Positions 1 to 8,860 of a stretch of 64,000 bases of DNA are shown here, piece by piece. Made by a program: the position numbers and the translations under genes. Every line of letters starts with the position of its first letter. Position 1 is the first letter of the stretch. The notes under the pieces were generated by a model. That model saw only the letters and a program-made list of their open reading frames with translations, ran no database searches and was not told where the DNA came from. The stretch comes from Candidatus Thorarchaeota archaeon. Lineage in GTDB: Archaea; Asgardarchaeota; Thorarchaeia; Thorarchaeales; Thorarchaeaceae. The stretch spans positions 160,001 through 224,000 of the forward strand of contig JAGSHN010000016.1 of assembly GCA_029855935.1 (NCBI GenBank). The letters are read 5' to 3'.

Positions 1-858
1 CTGCTCCTCACCGTAGACGCGTGCCAGTCGGGACGCCAGGTCTGCGTACCTTGTGGACTCGAGCCTTGCAAACACCTCTCTCCAGTTACTCCTCCCGCGC
101 ATTGACTGAGAAATGGCGTCTGTCGTCGCTGAGAACCTAATCAGGCTGAGGCCGATAATGTCTTCACTGAGCTTCAGGCGCATCGCGCGCAGCACCGTCA
201 GCAGGTTGCGCAGGATCACACGCGCCTCGAGCAGCCCGCGAATCCTCTGCTGGTCGGCCATAGGGAACCTGCTGAGCGACTTGAGGATGTTCCTCAGGCC
301 CCACTCCTCAAGGGCGACCTCAAGAGGGGCCGTGGAATTGTACTGCTCGTATGCCGGCAGTCGGGTGAGCAGAGCAAGTCGCATATCGGTCAGCGGTATC
401 AGGTCTATCAGCCTGTCGACGGAGCCGGCATCCGCCAGCCTCTGGAACAGGACCTCTTCCTCAGGCGAGGTCGAGACCGCATAGCGGAGTATCTCCTCAC
501 GCTCGAGTCCCACGTGTACTCCTCTAAGGACTGACTTGACGCTCTCAGCGTGGAGCAGATGGAGATAGCTCTCAGCGAAGTCGCGCACTCTACCCGTCAG
601 GCTCTTCCCCACACTGTGGACAGTGTCTGCGAAGTGTCTCGCCAGAATCAGGCCGAGGTCCTCAGGATAGGGCACTCCAACGATGTGCGCCTCGCTGATG
701 ATGGGTCCATAGGCCGTCGCCATCAAGGTCTTTACAAAGTCCTCATACGTCGGCACCTGTAGCAGACGCTCGTAGTCGCTGACGGTCAGGAGCAGAGACT
801 TCATGCCCCTGATCCGAGCGTTGACAAATGCGAGCTCGTTTACTGCCTTGGAGGACAT
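1..858 (-). CDS. ahaC: A/V-type ATP synthase subunit C (AhaC/NtpC, V0 d-like), 5' portion; runs off the window edge
   Basis: Absent from the ORF track. Manual translation from ATG 858 gives MSSKAVNELAFVNARIRGMKSLLLTVSDYERLL, matching the subunit C N-terminal signature (vNARIRgmks.LL). Confidence 0.88.
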   Translation of the reverse strand, partial: MSSKAVNELAFVNARIRGMKSLLLTVSDYERLLQVPTYEDFVKTLMATAYGPIISEAHIVGVPYPEDLGLILARHFADTVHSVGKSLTGRVRDFAESYLHLLHAESVKSVLRGVHVGLEREEILRYAVSTSPEEEVLFQRLADAGSVDRLIDLIPLTDMRLALLTRLPAYEQYNSTAPLEVALEEWGLRNILKSLSRFPMADQQRIRGLLEARVILRNLLTVLRAMRLKLSEDIIGLSLIRFSATTDAISQSMRGRSNWREVFARLESTRYADLASRLARVYGEEQ

Positions 859-914
859 CACTCTTGACCTGCCGACTACCGGTCCATCGGTGATATGCAG
901 CGGACCGGGGCCTC

Positions 915-930
915 ACGTTATAAGCTTGAC
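915..930 (-). promoter_or_regulatory. Putative TATA box for ahaC
   Basis: Minus strand reads gtcaagCTTATAAcgt about 60 nt upstream of the ATG; AT-rich within GC-rich DNA. Confidence 0.45.
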
Positions 931-1000
931 GACCTGTCACCAGTCGCCTCCACTGTCACAGCTGAAAAAGGTATTAGCCGGAACGCGCAATACCTCCTGC

Positions 1001-1408
1001 ATGCCACAGGACGACGAGCGAGAAGAGAGGTCCCGGTCAGAACGGCCACCATCGCATCTACGTAGCGATGAGCCCCGAGACACGCAGCCCACGGAGGAGG
1101 GTCGGGGCATTGGATCGTTCGGCCGCTGGTTCGCCATCGCCAGTGAGCTACCCTGCGCGGTCATCTCCCTGATGCTGGTCGGTCAGGTCATCGGGCAGGC
1201 ACTCGGCGGGCTGCAGGGTGGCAATACTGGTGCGCTGATCGGGGTGTTTGCTGGCCTTCTCTTCGGCACCTATAGCGTGTACGTCACCGCGCAACGCCTT
1301 CAGGAGGCGGAAGAGCGCTCTCGCATACGCAGACGGTACGTACCACCAATTGAGGAGATACTGGAGGAGCCCGAGTTTCTCAGGGAGCCAAAGCCCGAGG
1401 AGGAGTGA
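1001..1408 (+). CDS. AtpZ/AtpI-like (ATPase gene 1 family) two-TM membrane protein
   Basis: Likely start ATG 1001. Hairpin FAIASELPCAVISLMLVGQVIG...GALIGVFAGLLFGTYSVY resembles the AtpZ/AtpI pattern; divergent from ahaC. Confidence 0.55.
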   Translation: MPQDDEREERSRSERPPSHLRSDEPRDTQPTEEGRGIGSFGRWFAIASELPCAVISLMLVGQVIGQALGGLQGGNTGALIGVFAGLLFGTYSVYVTAQRLQEAEERSRIRRRYVPPIEEILEEPEFLREPKPEEE

Positions 1409-1414
1409 GGCGGC

Positions 1415-1996
1415 TCACTCACGGAACTCTGAGTCGTCATCCATGTCAAGGACCTCGATGACGACTCTCGTGGCAGTGCGTCCGACTACGGCAATGACAA
1501 TCTGAATGAGCAGCGATATCACAAAGGCGCCGAGCGCCAGCCCGAAGATCCTCAGTGAGATTGAGCTCAGCGATGCAGCCCACGGTGTCAGAATCGCCTT
1601 GTCGACGAGGTACCACGAGTAGATGCCCGTGACCACCATCAGTATCACGAGGATGCCGTATGTATACATCACTGCCTTGACTCTCGGGGTGTCCCTGGGA
1701 ACGCTGTCCAGTCCTGGTCCGACGACCACATCTCCAATTCGTCCTGAGAGACGTACAAAGGCCCCGAAGGCAGCGAGGAAGACCAGGAGGGTGACTATGA
1801 TACCGACCAGAAGTAGCAGCACCTGTAGGTCCGGGTCTATGGCGCCCAGTGAGCCTCCAATGAGGTAGGCAACGATCGCGCCGAGCATCACGACCGCGGA
1901 GACTATCTCTATCGTCAGAGTCACCTTTGCTGACTGACGGAATATCCTGCTGATGTTGAAGGTCGCCCTTCCACTGTCGTCTCTGGCGCCGCACAT
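1415..1996 (-). CDS. Hypothetical membrane protein (about 4 TM)
   Basis: 193-aa ORF with four hydrophobic helices; GAGGTGG RBS upstream. Confidence 0.7.
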   Translation of the reverse strand: MCGARDDSGRATFNISRIFRQSAKVTLTIEIVSAVVMLGAIVAYLIGGSLGAIDPDLQVLLLLVGIIVTLLVFLAAFGAFVRLSGRIGDVVVGPGLDSVPRDTPRVKAVMYTYGILVILMVVTGIYSWYLVDKAILTPWAASLSSISLRIFGLALGAFVISLLIQIVIAVVGRTATRVVIEVLDMDDDSEFRE

Positions 1997-2177
1997 GTCT
2001 CATCCACCTCGACCTACGGTGCGGGTCCTCTCTTTTGAATGCTTCTCCGGTGGGCTCTACGACTTCACCTCTGAGTGCGAATCAGCGTTCATACTGGCCG
2101 GGAGGCGACCGCTGGCGGGTGCCCCAGGCCGAAGGCTTTTCTGTCTATGCGACAACTGAGCGTCAGAGGAATGTGCT

Positions 2178-3464
2178 GTGCGAGTACCAGTGACCTATGG
2201 CGACGGGAAGATTGAGCTTGAGATTCCCGAGGAGAGTCTTGTTGACGTGATCACGCCGAGGCCGACCGAATTCGTACCCGACCTGGAGGCAGAGCTCCAG
2301 CGCGTATTGGACAATCCCCACGGTCCGCATCTTGAGGACCTGGTCCGGAGCAAGAGCGTCTGCGTCCTTGTGGAGGACCACACGCGGGACGAGCCTCACG
2401 AGGAGCTGATCAATGCGGTGGCCCCGCGCCTGCGTGACGCCAACGTTGTCCAGTTCATTGTGACGACTGGTTCTCACGTCGTAGACCACCCCTTGAATCA
2501 TCGCATCGTCGAGCTCATCCACAAGGCTGCTCGTGCGGCGCGTCTGCACAACTACCGTGTGAAGATTCACGACTGCTACGAGGAGGGAATGGTCGACCTC
2601 GGTCGGACCAGTCGAGGCACACCCGTTCTGGTGAATGGTGACGCCGTGGGTCACGATGTCTATGTCGTGCTGGCGGACATGAAGGCGCACTACTTCGCGG
2701 GCTACTCGAACGCGCTCAAGGACTTCCTGCCCGGTGTCTGTGCCTTCGAGACAATTGAGGCCAATCACTCAATGGCGCTAGACGCGCGCTCGACATTCGG
2801 CACGCACCCCTATCATCCGGACCCTGCAAGAAGGGACAATCCTCTCGCAGACGACATGCGGGAGGCAATGGAGATGATCACCCGTGACGCACGAGTGTTC
2901 ACTCTCTCTGTTGTGACATCTGGCGGGAGGTTGGTCTGGGCCGATGCGGGTGAGCCATGTCCGGTCATTGCCAGAGGCATAGAGGTACTGGATGAGACCT
3001 CCGCCTTCGTCGTTGATCCTGTGCCGCGGATTGTGGTCTCTCCGGGCGGCTATCCTCAGGACAAGAGCCTGTACCACGCGCAGCGGGCTCTGGAGCTGAC
3101 AAAGAATGCCGTGCTTGACGGAGGCGAGATACTGTTCATCGCAGAGTGCAGGGATGGTGTCGCCCCCGAGAAGGCGGTGGAGAACTTCTACAACAAGCTG
3201 ACCGCTCCTCTCGACGAGGTGATCGAGGGGATCAGAGGCAAGTATCACCTCTACGAGCACAAGGCCTACAAGTTCGCCGAGCTTCTCAAGAGGGTCTCCG
3301 CTGTCAAGATGTATACGAGACTGGATCGCGAGACTGTCGAGGCCGCTCATCTTCAGTGGGTGCAGGACCCACAGGCCGTCATCGACGAGTGGATGAGAGA
3401 GGACCCGAACGTGAAGATCCTCGTGCTCGACAAGGGCAACAAGATGGCCATATACGCCAGCTAG
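2178..3464 (+). CDS. larA: LarA-family (nickel-pincer) alpha-hydroxy acid racemase/epimerase
   Basis: Motifs EDHTR, TTGSH, HYFAGYSNALK, EANH, SPGGYPQD, AEC.DG. Confidence 0.85.
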   Translation: MRVPVTYGDGKIELEIPEESLVDVITPRPTEFVPDLEAELQRVLDNPHGPHLEDLVRSKSVCVLVEDHTRDEPHEELINAVAPRLRDANVVQFIVTTGSHVVDHPLNHRIVELIHKAARAARLHNYRVKIHDCYEEGMVDLGRTSRGTPVLVNGDAVGHDVYVVLADMKAHYFAGYSNALKDFLPGVCAFETIEANHSMALDARSTFGTHPYHPDPARRDNPLADDMREAMEMITRDARVFTLSVVTSGGRLVWADAGEPCPVIARGIEVLDETSAFVVDPVPRIVVSPGGYPQDKSLYHAQRALELTKNAVLDGGEILFIAECRDGVAPEKAVENFYNKLTAPLDEVIEGIRGKYHLYEHKAYKFAELLKRVSAVKMYTRLDRETVEAAHLQWVQDPQAVIDEWMREDPNVKILVLDKGNKMAIYAS

Positions 3465-3478
3465 GCGCGTCGGACACC

Positions 3479-5005
3479 TCAGTCCCATCGTATGTCCGCG
3501 ATGCTCTGATACAGTCGCCGATATCTCTCGAATGCCCTGTCGTAGACCTCTCTCCTGTCGGGAACGGGCTCGAGCCGCGAGCGGAGTCGCACCATCTCCC
3601 CTGCCGCCTCGCGGACGTCACTGAAGAGACCCACGCCAGTCGCTGCAAGAATCGCTGCGCCCAGTGCTGTTGCCTCTCCCACCTCTGTCCTGATGACGGG
3701 CACTCCGAGCACATCTGCCTGGATCTGCATCCAGATATCGCTCTTTGCAGCACCGCCTGTGACACGCATCTCAGAGACATCGAGTCCCAGTGAGCGAACG
3801 ACATCAAGGTTGGTCCGGATCTCATACGCCACGCCCTCAAGTATGGCCCGGATGAGATGGGCCCGTGTGTGACCGAGGGCGAGACCTGCAAAGACCCCTC
3901 TCGCATATGGGTTCCAGTACGGCGCACCAGCACCGACAAAGTGCGGGATGTGTATCACACCCTCCGCCCCGGGCGGTACCTTCTCTGCACGCTGTGCCAT
4001 CACATCGTACGGATCGGCGCCTCGTTCCTCGGCCTCCTCGCACTCCTCGCGGCCAAGGTTGTCGCGGAACCATCTCAGAGCAGACCCCGTGGTGAACATA
4101 CTGGCCTCCACCACAAACGAGTCACCGACGACATGTCTGCTGCACAGGAGGCGCATCTCAGGGTCGAGCCGCGGTGAGTCCGAGTATGCCAGCATGAACG
4201 TCCCAGTGCCTGTCGTGGTCTTGATCATCCCCTCCTTGACGACTCCGACACCAAGGGCCGCGCACTGCTGATCCCCACCGCCCGCCACAACAGGAGTGCC
4301 CTCAGCCAGACCACAGTGTCTCGCGGCATCTCCTGTCAGCTCGCCGACAATCGTACCGGGTCGCACTGGCTCGGGGAGCTTCTCCTCCGGGATGCCCAGC
4401 GCCTCCAGCATCCTGTCTGACCACTGCGCCCTCTTGATGTCGAAGAGCATGGTCCTGCTGGCATTGGAATAGTCCGTCACAGTGCGTCCCGTCATCTTCA
4501 GGACCACAAAGTCGTGGACGAGGAGAAACTTGTGCGTCCGCTCGAACAGGTCGGGCTCGTTCTGCTTTATCCACAGTATCTTCGGGGCGCTGAAATATGG
4601 GTCGATTGTGAGGCCCGTTGTCCTGTAGACCTCCTCGCGGCCCAGGAGCTCCCGTATGTGGTCGCACTGTGGAACCGTCCGCCTGTCCTGCCACACAATT
4701 GCCCTGCGCAGCGGTCTCCCCTCTGCGTCTATCGGCACAATCGTCTCTCTCTGGTTGGTCACGCTGATCCCCGCAACATCGTGCGGGTCGAACGTGCCGG
4801 CCCTCATGACCTGTCCGACCACCTTGCAAGTGGTGGTCCACCAGTTTGGCGCCTCCTGCTCGACCCACGACGGGCTCGGGAAGAGGCTGTTGAACTCCTC
4901 ATAGGCGGATGCTAGGACAGCACCTGTGGTGTCGAAGAGCATTGCGCGGACGCCGGATGTGCCAACATCGATGGCAACAACGAGTCTCGTCACAGTCTGC
5001 CTCAC
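3479..5005 (-). CDS. xylB: FGGY-family carbohydrate kinase (xylulokinase-like)
   Basis: IDVGTSG, NQRET, WQDRR, GGGDQQ, TGTGTF, GAPYW, TGGAAKS. Confidence 0.85.
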   Translation of the reverse strand: MRQTVTRLVVAIDVGTSGVRAMLFDTTGAVLASAYEEFNSLFPSPSWVEQEAPNWWTTTCKVVGQVMRAGTFDPHDVAGISVTNQRETIVPIDAEGRPLRRAIVWQDRRTVPQCDHIRELLGREEVYRTTGLTIDPYFSAPKILWIKQNEPDLFERTHKFLLVHDFVVLKMTGRTVTDYSNASRTMLFDIKRAQWSDRMLEALGIPEEKLPEPVRPGTIVGELTGDAARHCGLAEGTPVVAGGGDQQCAALGVGVVKEGMIKTTTGTGTFMLAYSDSPRLDPEMRLLCSRHVVGDSFVVEASMFTTGSALRWFRDNLGREECEEAEERGADPYDVMAQRAEKVPPGAEGVIHIPHFVGAGAPYWNPYARGVFAGLALGHTRAHLIRAILEGVAYEIRTNLDVVRSLGLDVSEMRVTGGAAKSDIWMQIQADVLGVPVIRTEVGEATALGAAILAATGVGLFSDVREAAGEMVRLRSRLEPVPDRREVYDRAFERYRRLYQSIADIRWD

Positions 5006-5020
5006 CTGTTCTGTCGTTGT

Positions 5021-5359
5021 CTACGGAACGCGGGACGATGACCCGGATGGCGGTACTGGAGTCTCTGTGGCCTCCCGGTACTCCAGCTCGGTGGCTATCA
5101 CCTCTCTGATGTCTCTCCTCGGGCCGATGAGACTCATCTTCAGACGGCGGTTGCGCTGAATCTGTCTCTCGCGCCGGATTGCCTCGCTCCTCGTCCTAAA
5201 CTCCTCAAGGTGCACAACGTACTCCGGCCTGTGCATTCTCAGATACCGGGCTGACTTTGGTCCGCCCGACAGATGCTCAGAGAGACGACGGGCGAGGTCA
5301 TTTGTGTGACCCGTGTAGTACGTGCCGTCTGCGGTCTCGATTATGTAGACAAAGTACAT
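5021..5359 (-). CDS. Small GIY-YIG nuclease-family protein (UPF0213/YhbQ-like)
   Basis: YFVYII...YYTGHTNDLARRLSEH...EAIRRE. Confidence 0.85.
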   Translation of the reverse strand: MYFVYIIETADGTYYTGHTNDLARRLSEHLSGGPKSARYLRMHRPEYVVHLEEFRTRSEAIRRERQIQRNRRLKMSLIGPRRDIREVIATELEYREATETPVPPSGSSSRVP

Positions 5360-5470
5360 TGAGCCGCACGAGTGGGGAAACGAAGATAAAGGATACTGGG
5401 GTCATCCTGTCCCATCGCACGGCCCAGCGCTCTGCCAGCCTGTGCGGCTCCATATCGGGAGAGTAGGACT

Positions 5471-6493
5471 ATGAGCGAGACTCGCAAGGCACCTCTTCTG
5501 CTCCTTGGACTGCTTTCAATGACCTTTGCCGAGGTCTTCTCGGGATCCTCTCCCGGATGGTTTCTGGACATCGGCGGATGGATTCTGCCCTTCCCCCTCT
5601 ACTGGTCGCACACGGTGTTCTTTCTCGGGCTGGCACACAGGTATCAGAAGGCCTCGATCCCCCATCTCTACCTATGGGGTGTGCTATTCGGACTGTATGA
5701 GACTTGGGTGACAAAGGTGGTCTGGGCAGGCTTTTTTGACTCTCCACCGCTCATCGCGCCAGTACTGGGCTTCGCCGTGTTCGAGACGCTTGTCATCGTG
5801 TTATTCTGGCATCCTGTGTTCTCCTTTATGGTCCCCGTCCTCGTCTTTGAGATGCTGACATACAGCCCAGACCATCCGACCGTGCTGTTGCCCGGTCATC
5901 TCAGGTGGCTGGTCCCCCGCTGGAGGTCGAAGATCATCGCCCTTGTGTTCCTCTTCATAGGCGGTGCCAATCTTGCCGTGGGCTGTGGTGGCGACATCGG
6001 CCTCGCTGCAGTGACATCACTGGGGAGCATTCTGCTCATCTACTTCGCGTACCTACTGGCACGACGCGGCGAGCCTCACTTCACAGTCGAGTCCGTGTTT
6101 GTCGGGCGTCGCGGGCTCATCATCTCAGGTGTGTATATCGTGTGTCTCTACGCGGTGACATTCTTTGTTCTTCGGCCGGAGGCGCTTCCGAGCATCGTCA
6201 CGATTATCATCACGCTCCAGATCTACGCCATTGTCGCAGCCGTTCTGTATGCTGCTCCTACCAGCCTCGTCGATCTCGAGACGGTCGAGAGGATGCCTCT
6301 CCTTGGGCCTGACTGGGTCTGGAGACGTTTCCTCATCTTCGTCATCCTTGCCACCGTGCTTGCCGCAATCGCGGCTGTAGTCTATTCAGTCGTGGCAATC
6401 GCTCTTCTCCTGATGGCGGCTCTGGGACCCGCACTGTTTGCGATGTCTGTCATCAGGCTGTGGCGCACACCCGACTACAGGGTTGCGCGCTGA
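5471..6493 (+). CDS. Uncharacterised polytopic membrane protein
   Basis: 340 aa with about 9-10 hydrophobic segments; intramembrane polar motifs AEVFSGSS, GLYE, WHP. Confidence 0.75.
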   Translation: MSETRKAPLLLLGLLSMTFAEVFSGSSPGWFLDIGGWILPFPLYWSHTVFFLGLAHRYQKASIPHLYLWGVLFGLYETWVTKVVWAGFFDSPPLIAPVLGFAVFETLVIVLFWHPVFSFMVPVLVFEMLTYSPDHPTVLLPGHLRWLVPRWRSKIIALVFLFIGGANLAVGCGGDIGLAAVTSLGSILLIYFAYLLARRGEPHFTVESVFVGRRGLIISGVYIVCLYAVTFFVLRPEALPSIVTIIITLQIYAIVAAVLYAAPTSLVDLETVERMPLLGPDWVWRRFLIFVILATVLAAIAAVVYSVVAIALLLMAALGPALFAMSVIRLWRTPDYRVAR

Positions 6494-6684
6494 GCTGGTG
6501 TGGTCCGGCGCTGGGGGTTGGCAGCCAGGACTCCTCGGGCCTCACAAAGTCCGCCAAGACGAAGTTTATCTGGGTGCTCGTCTATGGCTGAGACAGACTG
6601 CCGCAGTCCAGACAACGGATCCGGGTTGTGTATGACGAACGTCGCCGGGTCCCGATGTTTGAACCCCGATGTGGAGCAGATACG

Positions 6685-7167
6685 ATGACAGGCGAAGAGA
6701 GAGATCGCAGCGAAGAAGAGGTCAACAACATCCTCTCTGACTTCTCCCAGTTCTATATCCTTCTTCTGCTGAGCGAGGGACCGAGTCACGGCTATGCCCT
6801 CATCAAGGCCTTCAGAGAGAGGACCGGACGGAATCTCAGTGCGGGCACTCTCTATCCGTTCCTGCACAAACTACAGGAGAGAGGGCTGGTGACGCAAGAG
6901 GACCGCCCAGTGGGAAAGAAGCCTCGTACCATATACTCGCTGACGAAGAAGGGGCGAGAGTTCTGTGAGAGGCTCTTCGAGCGGTTCGCTGCAATCACAG
7001 CCTCTGCAATCGAGCCACGTCTTGAGACATGCGCCAGTTGCGGTGTCAAGATCTACGACGGCGGCTACTACGAGGTGATTGACGGACGCAAGATGGCCTT
7101 CTGTTGCAAGCACTGCGCCGCCGCCTACAAGAGGGGCGGTCATCACGATCACGACGACCATAAGTGA
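6685..7167 (+). CDS. PadR-family regulator fused to a C-terminal TRASH/YHS-like metal-binding domain and His-rich tail
   Basis: ILLLLSEGPSHGY..., GTLYPFL..L, Y.LT.KG (PadR); CASCG...FCCKHC (TRASH); GHHDHDDHK. Start ATG 6685 after GGAG (track start 6628). Confidence 0.85.
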   Translation: MTGEERDRSEEEVNNILSDFSQFYILLLLSEGPSHGYALIKAFRERTGRNLSAGTLYPFLHKLQERGLVTQEDRPVGKKPRTIYSLTKKGREFCERLFERFAAITASAIEPRLETCASCGVKIYDGGYYEVIDGRKMAFCCKHCAAAYKRGGHHDHDDHK

Positions 7168-7282
7168 CGTGTTCTGCGTCAGTCCAGACCCAAACCGAGT
7201 GCTAGGGTGGTCATCACATTGTCGTCAGTCCTGATGCATTGGGACGGGGGTAGGATGGGCGGTCGTCCCGCCCGTCCAAGAA

Positions 7283-8854
7283 TCAGGGTGACCCACTGAG
7301 CATCGCCACAAGACTGCCAAAGTTCATCAGGGCTGATCCTGCCGCCTCGGCGATTGAGTACACCGGGGCCGGGTAGATGCCTATTATGACGAGTGCCAGT
7401 GCCAGGACCCCCATCCCCAACGTCATCGTCCTGCTCGTTCTGTGCGCTCCTGCGGCTCTCTCGGAGAGAGGCCTGAACCACACGGTGTGGATCATCCGCA
7501 GATAGTAGCCCAGCGCGAGCAGGGCATTGAAGATGGCAAGGATGCTGAAGACGAGGTAGTATGAGGACACCAACAGGCCAGCCTGAACGCCCGCAGTCAG
7601 TATGAGAAGCTTGGCCCAGAAGCCGGCGAGTGGCGGCATCCCCATCAGTGACAGCACACCGATGGCGAAGAAGCCCGCAGTGACCGGCATCCTCTTTCCT
7701 ATGCCACTGAGGTCGTCAAGGTCTCTACTGCCGATAGCGTGGAGGAACGCTCCAGCACAGAGGAACAGGAGTCCCTTTGAGAGAGCGTGGTTGATGATGT
7801 AGAACGACCCCGTCTGAAAACCGAACTCGGTGGCAGTCCCAAAGGCGAACAGTATGAAGCCGATCTGGGTTATCGAGCTGTAGGCGAGCATCCGCTTCAG
7901 GTCGCTCTGGGTCAGCGCCCAGAAGTTGCCGGCCGTCATCGTGACCACTGCAAAGATGCCGAGCAGCAGCGGCCAGTTGAAGTAGACCGTATGGATTGGG
8001 AACAGCAGCGTGTTCATCCGTATGATGCCGTATACACCGACCTTGATGACAACTCCCGAGAGCATCGCGCTGATGCCGCTCGGAGCAGCGGGATGTGCAT
8101 CCGCAAGCCAGGCCGCAAAGGGCACCACCGCACCCTTGACTGCGAACCCCGCCGACATCAGGGCGACAACCACTGGCACCACGGGGTTGTCTGGGTGTGT
8201 CTGCAACAGATGCGACATCACTCCGAGGTTGAGAGTCCCAGTCAGTCCGTACAGGAGGCTGGCTGAATACAGGACCAGCGTCGAGCCAATCGCCTCCATC
8301 ATGAGATACTTGATTGCGGCCTCGATGCCCTCCCAGTTTCTGCGGAACGCAACAAGGACGAAGCTTGTCGCCCCCATCGTCTCATAGAAGACAAAGAGGG
8401 TGAACAGGTCGCCTGAGATGACGACACCGTTCATTGATGCGACCATCAACAGGAGGAGTGTGTAGTAGTGTGGAAGGCCCGTGTCCTCGCTCATATAGCC
8501 AACAGAGTAGATTGACACTATCAGTCCCATCAGGCTGAAAAGGCCGACCAGCATCACGGAGAACTGGTCAGCAGCGAGCACCACGCCCATCGGCGGACCA
8601 TACTCCGTACCGTTCCATGACCAGACGAAGGACCTCACGCCGTTGGTCCAGACGTCGCTCCCAAGCAGGTAGGAGTACAGGACGGCGAAGGCAAAGCCGA
8701 TTATCGCCAGTCCGTCAGGCAGGCCCCGTGGCACGCGCTTGAGAACGACCATGCACGCCTCTGAGATGACTGCCACGAGGAGAGCGGAGACAACGAGGAT
8801 CACTACGGGCATCACGACACCGAGACCCGGGATGTAGAGGATGTCAAGCTGCAT
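7283..8854 (-). CDS. Proton-translocating antiporter-like subunit (NuoN/MrpD-like)
   Basis: DLFTLFVFYE, KGAVVPF..WLADAHPAAPS..SAMLSG, KRMLAYSSI, HALSKGLLF, GMPPLAGF..K. Confidence 0.88.
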   Translation of the reverse strand: MQLDILYIPGLGVVMPVVILVVSALLVAVISEACMVVLKRVPRGLPDGLAIIGFAFAVLYSYLLGSDVWTNGVRSFVWSWNGTEYGPPMGVVLAADQFSVMLVGLFSLMGLIVSIYSVGYMSEDTGLPHYYTLLLLMVASMNGVVISGDLFTLFVFYETMGATSFVLVAFRRNWEGIEAAIKYLMMEAIGSTLVLYSASLLYGLTGTLNLGVMSHLLQTHPDNPVVPVVVALMSAGFAVKGAVVPFAAWLADAHPAAPSGISAMLSGVVIKVGVYGIIRMNTLLFPIHTVYFNWPLLLGIFAVVTMTAGNFWALTQSDLKRMLAYSSITQIGFILFAFGTATEFGFQTGSFYIINHALSKGLLFLCAGAFLHAIGSRDLDDLSGIGKRMPVTAGFFAIGVLSLMGMPPLAGFWAKLLILTAGVQAGLLVSSYYLVFSILAIFNALLALGYYLRMIHTVWFRPLSERAAGAHRTSRTMTLGMGVLALALVIIGIYPAPVYSIAEAAGSALMNFGSLVAMLSGSP

Positions 8855-8860
8855 CTGTCA

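Noticed and set aside
113-940. Track ORFs 113..484, 550..762 and 743..940
   Set aside because: Shadow frames of the real minus-strand ahaC gene, which is truncated by the window edge.
5021-5359. GIY-YIG protein as a homing endonuclease or mobile element
   Set aside because: Short stand-alone UPF0213-type protein; no intron, intein or DNA-binding extension; flanking genes intact.
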